From positions 1 to 64,000 of IMG/VR virus record IMGVR_UViG_3300036766_000185: a DNA stretch of 64,000 nt; one strand, 5' to 3'. The notes beneath the pieces are model-generated. The model was not told the origin of the DNA. It made no database searches and saw only the letters and a list, made by a program, of their open reading frames with translations. Below are positions 56,876-64,000 of this stretch, in pieces. The position numbers and the translations under genes are program-made. The first letter of the stretch is position 1. Each line of letters opens with the position of its first letter. This DNA is from a virus.

Positions 56876-57408
56876 TACCGTTTCCCTCTTCGTGCTTTTG
56901 CTGTCGGAGCTTCTAATGTACTCTCGTATCCATACATCGCAAGGACGAATGCATCGGCTATGTCGTCTTGATCTATGTCAATTTTATATTTGTAGTTAAT
57001 AAAAGCTCGTACTTCTGGCTTTTTTACGTTTCCCTTACACCCTAATCTGCTTCTAGCTGAGGATGCATAGATCAAAATTGGTTTTGCTTCTTTTCGAGCA
57101 AGCCAGTCCCACAAAACTGCTCCCGACAATCTAGCTAGCAACTGAACTGTTCGATAGTTGTTTTTGAGAAAAACGTCCTCAACGACCATCAAATCTACAT
57201 CAGAGCGCGAGATAACAACGCTCAAATCACCAGCGATAACACGCATAACATCAAACTGATCAATACTTGCTTTAGTCTTGGCCTTCGTACCATACTTCTC
57301 TTTCAATCGCTCTACTGGGTTGATCACTCCCGACGCGAATATTTTTCCATCGTCGAGAATGCACCAACCCGTGCTTACGCTGCTGATATCAACCCCAAGA
57401 ACTCTCAT
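56875..57408 (-). CDS. ruvC: RuvC-like Holliday junction resolvase
   Basis: VLGVDISSVSTGW, VVED, DIADA. Confidence 0.85.
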   Translation of the reverse strand: MRVLGVDISSVSTGWCILDDGKIFASGVINPVERLKEKYGTKAKTKASIDQFDVMRVIAGDLSVVISRSDVDLMVVEDVFLKNNYRTVQLLARLSGAVLWDWLARKEAKPILIYASSARSRLGCKGNVKKPEVRAFINYKYKIDIDQDDIADAFVLAMYGYESTLEAPTAKARRGKR

Positions 57409-57599
57409 TCTGCAGCCTGCAAAGTGTTGTCTGTTACAGCCTCATTAAGCGCTGATATGTCATCTTCATCTAACCAGAGATCCAATTGCATCGCTCCCTC
57501 ACAGTACACACGAATATGTTTCATCGGACGATTCGTTGTGGCTGCTAGGTAATTCTCCACGTCAAATTTAAAGCGTTTAGATTCGTAGCGCGTGTTCAT
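57405..57599 (-). CDS. Hypothetical protein
   Basis: ATGA-coupled to ruvC. Confidence 0.45.
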   Translation of the reverse strand: MNTRYESKRFKFDVENYLAATTNRPMKHIRVYCEGAMQLDLWLDEDDISALNEAVTDNTLQAAE

Positions 57600-57614
57600 T
57601 TTTATTGAAGAGAA

Positions 57615-57677
57615 GAGACTAGAGGACTACAGGCAGCAGCACCGTCTATTGGGTGGCCCATCGTAGCCTCTAGTCTC
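57615..57677 (-). other. Branched stem-loop (11+4 bp closing stem with internal hairpins)
   Basis: GAGACUAGAGG-CUAC...GUAG-U-CCUCUAGUCUC enclosing UGGG-CCA-CCCA. Confidence 0.65.
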
Positions 57678-57697
57678 ATCTATGCACCAGCCTCCGA

Positions 57698-57934
57698 TTA
57701 CGCCAAACGCTCGATCACGACGTGCAGCAAACCCGCCGTAAGAGGGAGAGTAACAAGCCCCGGAACGATCGGGAGAACTGCATGAATCAGCGGGGTTACT
57801 AAACCCGCAACGAACACCAGCGTCCCAACCGACAAAACTCGGTCAAGATCACTTGAATCATCATCCGTTCGCATCACTGACGCGACTTTCTTCAAGATCT
57901 CCGGAAGAGTAACGTTCGCCATATCTATGCTCAC
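57698..57934 (-). CDS. Small membrane protein
   Basis: Two hydrophobic segments; own promoter upstream. Confidence 0.6.
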   Translation of the reverse strand: MSIDMANVTLPEILKKVASVMRTDDDSSDLDRVLSVGTLVFVAGLVTPLIHAVLPIVPGLVTLPLTAGLLHVVIERLA

Positions 57935-57954
57935 CCCCTCTCGTTTCTATTTTA

Positions 57955-57984
57955 AGTATACACTACCTGATGTATCGGTGTCAA
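57955..57984 (-). promoter_or_regulatory. Sigma-70-type promoter, near copy of 55372..55401
   Basis: TTGACA-CCGATACATCAGGTAGTG-TATACT. Confidence 0.8.
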
Positions 57985-58355
57985 GTATTTGACTTCCAAC
58001 GAATATCGTCAGTTCCAATGACGCGCTTCTCGAACATTATTAGCGTGAGACAGTGCCAGGCCGCGTGTGCTAGATGATGCTTTCCACTTTCGGGGTCATA
58101 CGATTCTCCGTTTAGCCATAGCATTAAATGTCGATACAGCGCATTTACCGAAAGCGACCATTTATAGCCCTTACGATAATTTGTGGGGTCATATTTCTGT
58201 GCCCCATACCCATAGACGCTGCCTAGCTCACTCAGCGCTTCGGGCGGTGCCCATCCCAACTGAGATTCTTTGCTACCCTTAGCTCCGCCAGTCTTAGGGT
58301 CAACAACAATCGTCTCTACTACTCGACTTGTCATTAGGCGCTCGCTAGATTTCAA
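57981..58355 (-). CDS. dATP/dGTP diphosphohydrolase-domain protein (DUF5664-like)
   Basis: YGAQKYDPTNYRKG...ALYRHL...GESYDPESGKHHLAHAAW. Confidence 0.85.
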   Translation of the reverse strand: MKSSERLMTSRVVETIVVDPKTGGAKGSKESQLGWAPPEALSELGSVYGYGAQKYDPTNYRKGYKWSLSVNALYRHLMLWLNGESYDPESGKHHLAHAAWHCLTLIMFEKRVIGTDDIRWKSNT

Positions 58356-58990
58356 AGAACGTCCGCACCGTCGTCTAATGGATTTAGCGTAGTCGCTGTC
58401 GTTGATTCATCTGACTCGGTTTCTGCTTCTTTCTCTGTCTCTTCCTTCTTGGGAGGAACTTGACCCTTGAGTAATGCATTCAGACGTTCAGGATTTATTT
58501 TGTAATATTCATCTAGGTCTACCTTCGCCAGAGTAAGCTCACCCTCGGACAACGGCTTCATATTCGGAGTAATTGTAACAGAGTAGCGCGTGTCCAGTTT
58601 CTCGCCCTTACGAGTAACGGCGATATCAAACTGCGTGGGATGCTTTTCCCACTCAACACTGGTCGCGTGAATCTGCCCCTTCTTCTCTTCGCTAAACTCC
58701 CAAATCTTAACTTTGCCGTCGCGACGATCTAGTACATTAACAATGTTCACTTTACGAATCACGTTTCCTGCAGCTTTGACGCGCTCATTATCTTCTCGCG
58801 CAACAGTAACGGGGTATCGCTTTCCGCCAACCTCAATTCTCGTCATGAAAACTTGCTTCGGCTCCATGTCTAGAATGCGCACGGCAGCCGTCTCACCGTC
58901 CTTTAAGTTAAAGTACAAAACCTTACTGTACTCTGTCTGTCGTGCATCTGGTTCCCATGCCTTCATCGTTTCGTTTGTCTGTGCGCTCAT
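58352..58990 (-). CDS. Single-stranded DNA-binding protein (gp32-like, no Zn site)
   Basis: LKDGE...VRIL, NVLDRRDGKVKI, DIAVTRKG...TRY; acidic C-tail. Confidence 0.75.
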   Translation of the reverse strand: MSAQTNETMKAWEPDARQTEYSKVLYFNLKDGETAAVRILDMEPKQVFMTRIEVGGKRYPVTVAREDNERVKAAGNVIRKVNIVNVLDRRDGKVKIWEFSEEKKGQIHATSVEWEKHPTQFDIAVTRKGEKLDTRYSVTITPNMKPLSEGELTLAKVDLDEYYKINPERLNALLKGQVPPKKEETEKEAETESDESTTATTLNPLDDGADVL

Positions 58991-58999
58991 TCGACCCTC

Positions 59000-59440
59000 C
59001 TAAGCTACTATCTGTTCCGTCACTAATGTATCTAGAAGCTTCTTGACACTATTAATGTATTCCACCGTTCTGGCTAGCTGTCCCTGATAGAAATTAACAA
59101 GGCTTGTAAGTGATCTAACTGCATACGACGCTTCCCTCTCAGCCGATGCTGAGACAAACTTTTCTCCACTAGCTAATGTAGTTGACTTTGCGGTTAGATA
59201 ACTCTCGGCCTCCTGATTATCAAGAATCGACTTCCACTTGTAAAACTGCGATGCAAAATAGCTATGTAGCGCGGTTGTTTCAGCCAATAGCTGTTGTAAC
59301 TTAACTCTGGGAAAGAATCGATCGGCCAGCGCTCCTACCATCGTCTCTTTATCAATATCAGATAGTCGTTGCGCTAGCTTCGACGCCTCAGCGGGAATCA
59401 GAGCTTCATATTCAGACGACAAAGTTTCTAGACTGTTCAT
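59000..59440 (-). CDS. Helical protein, possibly recombination-mediator-like
   Basis: All-helical ORF between SSB and exonuclease genes; function is a guess from context. Confidence 0.4.
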   Translation of the reverse strand: MNSLETLSSEYEALIPAEASKLAQRLSDIDKETMVGALADRFFPRVKLQQLLAETTALHSYFASQFYKWKSILDNQEAESYLTAKSTTLASGEKFVSASAEREASYAVRSLTSLVNFYQGQLARTVEYINSVKKLLDTLVTEQIVA

Positions 59441-60072
59441 ACTTGCTCTCCCACCAGATGCCCGCCCTCCCAGGCGACCTCTCCAATAGAAAACTTGCTT
59501 CCAACTAGATCTCCCATCACGTATTCTAAGATGCCAAGATTCATATAGGCATCGTGTAAGGCATGATGAGGGAGAAGCGTCGGAGCGTATCCAAGAGCGA
59601 AGCTATGCCCAATCGTTTTCGCTGCGTGTTTAGTAGACTGAAACGATGTTTGATGCCTCACAGCGTCCATAAATATCAACGCATTTAGATCAATGCTTCT
59701 ACGCCCAAACAGCGCCGCAGACTTTGGCAGCCATTTTCGTACAAATGGCATATCAAAGGCTCCCACGTTCAAACCGACAGGAATCAAATTGTATCTCTTC
59801 CCTTCTTTATAAAGAGGGGAATGCTTCGCCCAAGCATACAGTCTTTCATCCACTTGCTGAGCAGTCTCCAACTCAACTCGATCTACTTTGGTAATATTCA
59901 GACCGTTTACTCTCATAGCTTCCGGACTAACCATCAGATTCTCATGTCTTACCTCAGCATAGAATGAACTCATATCAGACGCCATAACACATCCAATAGA
60001 CAACAGAGAATGGATGGCGACTTCGCTGCCGCTGCTCTCAATATCTAAGGAAATCAAATCGAAGTCTAACAT
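59437..60072 (-). CDS. DEDDh 3'-5' exonuclease
   Basis: SLDIESSG, NVGAFDMPF, HHALHDA. Confidence 0.9.
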   Translation of the reverse strand: MLDFDLISLDIESSGSEVAIHSLLSIGCVMASDMSSFYAEVRHENLMVSPEAMRVNGLNITKVDRVELETAQQVDERLYAWAKHSPLYKEGKRYNLIPVGLNVGAFDMPFVRKWLPKSAALFGRRSIDLNALIFMDAVRHQTSFQSTKHAAKTIGHSFALGYAPTLLPHHALHDAYMNLGILEYVMGDLVGSKFSIGEVAWEGGHLVGEQV

Positions 60073-60722
60073 TAGATTGGTGCCTCCCCGTCTGAGATAG
60101 GAATTGCGTCTTCCTTCAGGCTACTAACCACGTCTTCATTAGGAGTAAATTCGCGAATCTTTCGACTAACTGCCTGGGATTTCTCTCGTAGATGCGTCAT
60201 CTGCTCAGTTGCTGGCATAGGCTTCAACAATTCGTCTAGATCATATGTTGTAATCTTCTCTGTCAAAGCTCCGATTTCACCCGTTTTAGCCACTTGATAT
60301 CGCGTGTCGTCCTTCGATTTGCCCGTGCGCACAATCGTTATATCGTATAAACGAGCATCTCCTGCAATCTTCATCAACGCCGCCAGGCCATCCTTGGCGT
60401 TTCCGTCTCTGTCTATGTATCCGACCAGCGCTCTTGAATAAACCATCACTTTGACTTTATTGTCCGAGCGATCTAAGACGTTGGTGTAGATTCGGAGAGT
60501 TTTGCTATCTCCACGATTGCAGAATAGACAATCATTCCCAGGACAGATAACCGGTTTCTTTCCCATACTTTCGAAGTGCACGTAACGACACACCGGAGAC
60601 TCGTCTAAAATACGCACTTTGTACGAACCCTCGTTAAGGCGCAGCAGAGGGAATCCAGCGCTGTCGCTCGTCGAGTCGGGCATCCATTTCTCTAAGGCAG
60701 CCAAGTATTTATTTTCGTTCAT
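60072..60722 (-). CDS. Single-stranded DNA-binding protein (gp32-like, Zn-binding)
   Basis: VRIL...VHF...CPGNDCLFC...NVLDRSDNKVKV...DITIVRTG...TRY; acidic tail. Confidence 0.75.
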   Translation of the reverse strand: MNENKYLAALEKWMPDSTSDSAGFPLLRLNEGSYKVRILDESPVCRYVHFESMGKKPVICPGNDCLFCNRGDSKTLRIYTNVLDRSDNKVKVMVYSRALVGYIDRDGNAKDGLAALMKIAGDARLYDITIVRTGKSKDDTRYQVAKTGEIGALTEKITTYDLDELLKPMPATEQMTHLREKSQAVSRKIREFTPNEDVVSSLKEDAIPISDGEAPI

Positions 60723-60744
60723 GCTTTCCTCCTCTTCTACAATT

Positions 60745-60773
60745 AGTATATCACACCGTGTTAGTGCTGTTAA
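60745..60773 (-). promoter_or_regulatory. Sigma-70-type promoter (extended -10)
   Basis: TTAACA-17 bp-TATACT with TGn, upstream of GAGGAGG RBS of the SSB gene. Confidence 0.7.
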
Positions 60774-63277
60774 TTATTCTCTTTGGCATACTTGAGATTT
60801 CCAAGAGATTTCCCATACTTTACTTCCACCGCAAGAGGCACAATAATTCCAGGCATAGCTCTGGTCATTTCTCGTTCCATAATCTCCGCAGCTTTCTTCC
60901 AATCGCTCTCGCGTACCTCAGTAACCAGTGAATCATGAACAGGCAATACGAGCCGCGCTGTTGGACACTCTGCTTTGAAGGCCATAGCAATACGATTCAT
61001 TGCCGCATAAAGTATGTGTGCTTCAAGATTTTGTATCGGGAAATTCACTGCCGATCGCTCTGCATGACCTCTCATCTTCTGATCAGGAGACGTAATTTCT
61101 GGCAATCGACGACGCGCTCCAAAGAGACTTATTACAAATCCGCGCTGTCTAGCCTCTTGAATCTTTCCTTGTGCATACTGTCTCGCTTTTGGACAGTTGG
61201 CAAAAAAGCGGGTGATATACACCTGTGCTTTCTCTTCACTAATTTTGAAGTGAGAGGCGATTTTCCACGCCGACGCTCCCATAATAGTCGCGTACGTGAA
61301 CGCCTTAGCATTTTGTCTCTCTTCTTTTGTAATTTGATCTTCTGGCTTATTAAAGATCATTGATGCTATAACCTTGTGCACGTCGCGCTTTTGTCTAAGA
61401 TCTTCAATCATTTTCTGATCGTTCATGTAGTTTACCCAAATCCTGAATTGAATTTGCGCATAGTCTGCAGCCACCAAGACACAACCCTCGTCAGCCACAA
61501 AAATATCTCTCGCTCGACTAGCTATGGTTGCTTTGCCACTTTCATCTTTTTCATCACGCGCAATATTCTGCAGATTGGGATTACGAGAGGCTAAGCGGTG
61601 AATCTCAGTTCCATACAGTAGAAACTTGCTGTGAATACGTCCATCTTTTCGAATAAACGCTTCGAAATTCTCACCGTAGGCCGACACCAGATGCTCATAT
61701 GACCTCTTCTCTGTGATCATTCTTGGAATTTCGTGCACACCAGCAAGCTCTTTAAGCGTGATTTCATCTGTCGATGCATTCCCCGTTTTAGTCTTTTTAA
61801 CCGGCCTGAGCTTGAGAATATTGAACAGAATCTTTCGCAATTGTACTGGAGAACTGTAATTAATCTCATCTAGTTCCAGCATAACTTTGGCTTGCGCGGT
61901 AACAGGATGCGCCTGCAGTTGCTTGTCAATATCCTCGGCGTACGATTGATACTCTTGACGAGTGGCATGAAGTCTCTCAATATCAATCTTCACCCCTGCC
62001 CATTCTACGTCGATCAGCGTATTCTGCACCGGCATCATGATACGTCTGAACACGGGCATTAGATTTTGTGTGTCTAGCTCTTTTAAGAACAATCTACGCA
62101 ATCGTCCGGTAGCGTCCACGTCAGCAGCCGCATAGGGCCATAGCACGTCGAAAGGAATCTTAGCAAAATCGACGGTCTTCTTGGCGTATGTCTTGTCTCC
62201 CTCAATTACGAGCTTAGTCTTCCATTCCTCGATTTCTGCATTGTACATACCCAAGTCTGTGAACTCTAGCGCCAACTCTTTAAGGCCATGACTTCTTGCA
62301 TTCTCATTTAGGAGATGGTGCATGATAATCGTATCGTATGCGAAGTTCTTCACTTGAATCCCAATTGCTCGTAGAAAGGGAATATCAAACGCTCCTAGAT
62401 GTGCAGATTTTGACACGTCAGACTCAAAGAACGTCTTAATCTCTTGCATCACGTCTGCTTGACGCTCACTCCACCATTCTTTTCCGTCTACGAAAATCGG
62501 CACTACATACGCCACGCGCTCGGCAGGGGAGAACCCAATCGAAATAATGCGATGCTTATCTACATCAAGCCCTGTCGTTTCAAGGTCGAAGTCTACCGTC
62601 TCTGCCGCTCGTAGCTCTGCAAGAGCCGCATCCAGATCCTCAAGCGTTTTGACAAGTTGATAGTCCGTAGGCAGTCTCTTAGTCTCCAGCGATTTTCCTT
62701 CAAGCATCAACTTAATCATTCGCAAGTCCTTGACAAATTGATCTTTCAGTCGTGTATCTCCAGGATTGCGAAGAATATACGATGGATGATAGGTCGGTAC
62801 CAGTTTACAATTAAAATCCTCACTAGAGAAGATAGATCCTCGCAAGCGTGTAATACCCGCTTTATCAAGAAAGACCTTTAGCGCTGTCGCTCCAAGTAAT
62901 ACTATGATCTTAGGTTGCACTTCTCGAATTTCTCTGATTAGATACGACGCATCACCAACGATCTCACTCATGGTTGGGACACGATTCTCAGGAGGGCGCA
63001 CATGATACACATTTGTAATATAGACCTGCTCACGGTCAAATCCGGCCTCAATAAGACATTTCGTAAGCACCTGCCCAGCAGGACCAACAAATGGTTTTCC
63101 TTGCGCATCTTCCTCAGCGCCAGGAGCTTCACCAATAAACATGAGTTCAGCAGGCGTAGGACCCGCGCCACAGACATATCGTGCATTTGGGATAGGGAGC
63201 GCACCTTCTGGGCACTCCTTGAATACTACGCTAATTATAGGTTCTGCTATCTTTTTAGTGTTCATTCTCGTAGTCAT
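60770..63277 (-). CDS. polA: Family A DNA polymerase with N-terminal uracil-DNA glycosylase-like domain and 3'-5' exonuclease
   Basis: GEAPG...PFVG...YHPS (UDG family 4-like); DLETTG/FD/YAAAD (exo); [23 protein letters not shown] (pol). Confidence 0.93.
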   Translation of the reverse strand: MTTRMNTKKIAEPIISVVFKECPEGALPIPNARYVCGAGPTPAELMFIGEAPGAEEDAQGKPFVGPAGQVLTKCLIEAGFDREQVYITNVYHVRPPENRVPTMSEIVGDASYLIREIREVQPKIIVLLGATALKVFLDKAGITRLRGSIFSSEDFNCKLVPTYHPSYILRNPGDTRLKDQFVKDLRMIKLMLEGKSLETKRLPTDYQLVKTLEDLDAALAELRAAETVDFDLETTGLDVDKHRIISIGFSPAERVAYVVPIFVDGKEWWSERQADVMQEIKTFFESDVSKSAHLGAFDIPFLRAIGIQVKNFAYDTIIMHHLLNENARSHGLKELALEFTDLGMYNAEIEEWKTKLVIEGDKTYAKKTVDFAKIPFDVLWPYAAADVDATGRLRRLFLKELDTQNLMPVFRRIMMPVQNTLIDVEWAGVKIDIERLHATRQEYQSYAEDIDKQLQAHPVTAQAKVMLELDEINYSSPVQLRKILFNILKLRPVKKTKTGNASTDEITLKELAGVHEIPRMITEKRSYEHLVSAYGENFEAFIRKDGRIHSKFLLYGTEIHRLASRNPNLQNIARDEKDESGKATIASRARDIFVADEGCVLVAADYAQIQFRIWVNYMNDQKMIEDLRQKRDVHKVIASMIFNKPEDQITKEERQNAKAFTYATIMGASAWKIASHFKISEEKAQVYITRFFANCPKARQYAQGKIQEARQRGFVISLFGARRRLPEITSPDQKMRGHAERSAVNFPIQNLEAHILYAAMNRIAMAFKAECPTARLVLPVHDSLVTEVRESDWKKAAEIMEREMTRAMPGIIVPLAVEVKYGKSLGNLKYAKENN

Positions 63278-64000
63278 GATACCGTCACAGCATCCTTTAT
63301 GGGATGTGCTATGCTGTGATACATTTGCATCTTCTCTTTGCTACATTCTACGAGCGTGTGAAACGAATCGTAAAAATCGTAATACAGTCGTCCTCTAAAG
63401 GACGACGTACGATTTTTAGCACCAAAGTTAATCTCAACAATGGGCATCCACTCTCCGCTAGCTTGATTTATAACTTTCAGCTTAGCGGTTTCTACGCCTC
63501 TCGTATTCAGTTCATTGTACATCACACCGACCACATCCGCGTCGTATCCAAAGTCCGAACTTTCTTTAATGTCATCGATTGTGGGAAGTTTGTTGCTGTC
63601 GCGCTCAGGTCGACGCAATTCTACAGTAGCTAGAATCGGCACGTTATATATGTTTCTCCAGCGTTTGATAGCGTCAGAGATCTGTATAGAGTCCTCTCGT
63701 CTGTTGTTGCTAAATTTCTGCGGCACTCGAATACGATGCAAACTGTCGATGATCACTACCAGTTGTTTCTCTCCAGCTATTTGCTTATACATACTGATGT
63801 ATCGTTCAACATCAGTAATATCTCTGATACTAGTCTCATCCTTAATAGCGAATGAATTGGAAAGACTGTGTAAATATTTCAGAGCATCGTCGTACTTTGC
63901 TTTTAGACGTGCTCGTTCCTCCTCAGTGTAGGCCTCGTTTAGCTCAATGCGATACTTGGGATTTAGCATTGAGTTGATCTCTAGCCCACAACGCATGGCT
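63274..64000 (-). CDS. dnaB: Replicative DnaB-like helicase, C-terminal part (5' end probably outside window)
   Basis: [35 protein letters not shown]; frame is open at the window edge. Confidence 0.85.
   Translation of the reverse strand, partial: AMRCGLEINSMLNPKYRIELNEAYTEEERARLKAKYDDALKYLHSLSNSFAIKDETSIRDITDVERYISMYKQIAGEKQLVVIIDSLHRIRVPQKFSNNRREDSIQISDAIKRWRNIYNVPILATVELRRPERDSNKLPTIDDIKESSDFGYDADVVGVMYNELNTRGVETAKLKVINQASGEWMPIVEINFGAKNRTSSFRGRLYYDFYDSFHTLVECSKEKMQMYHSIAHPIKDAVTVS

Noticed and set aside
57620-57645. Resemblance of UGCCUGUAGUCC to the SRP Alu domain
   Set aside because: The short match lies within a different stem and the remaining SRP helices are absent; probably chance.
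57981-63277. 2-aminoadenine (Z) genome system
   Set aside because: No purZ gene is in the window, and the diphosphohydrolase domain alone is not diagnostic.
72-63931. All plus-strand ORFs in the six-frame track
   Set aside because: They lie antisense to well-supported minus-strand genes and show no recognisable motifs; they are shadow ORFs.
1-64000. tRNA, rRNA or CRISPR arrays
   Set aside because: I saw no tRNA T-loop cloverleaf, rRNA-like segment or regularly spaced repeat-spacer array. The repeats present are coding repeats. A tRNAscan run would be needed to exclude atypical tRNAs.
1-64000. Alternative genetic code (stop codon reassignment)
   Set aside because: Long conserved genes are intact under the standard code, and TAA, TGA and TAG all end genes at sensible positions.

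Overview
This 64 kb window is a segment of a large tailed dsDNA bacteriophage genome (Caudoviricetes). Essentially all credible genes are on the minus strand, so the genome reads right to left. The order is: (1) replication/recombination block: DnaB-like helicase C-terminus, UDG-fused family A DNA polymerase, two SSB paralogues, exonucleases, dATP/dGTP diphosphohydrolase, RuvC, RecA, SbcD/SbcC, RNA ligase; (2) accessory block: peptide deformylase, several peptidases, MgtC, AAA ATPase, stand-alone sigma region-4 protein; (3) terminase, then a 13.5 kb insert with small genes, a ~540 nt highly structured non-coding RNA candidate and probable head-cargo proteins; (4) portal, a 1160-aa MuF-like multi-enzyme polyprotein, prohead protease/scaffold, major capsid protein, modular fibre-like proteins and a neck protein. 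Five free-standing homing endonuclease genes are scattered through it. The most notable points are a repeated K|xxW/F-x-E-x-x-HPR-x-x-x-G-x-F tag that heads enzyme modules in two proteins (candidate protease-released, capsid-packaged effector system), the large structured RNA, and a PolA with several substitutions in the nucleotide-selection pocket. All calls come from motif recognition by eye; no database searches or folding programs were run.
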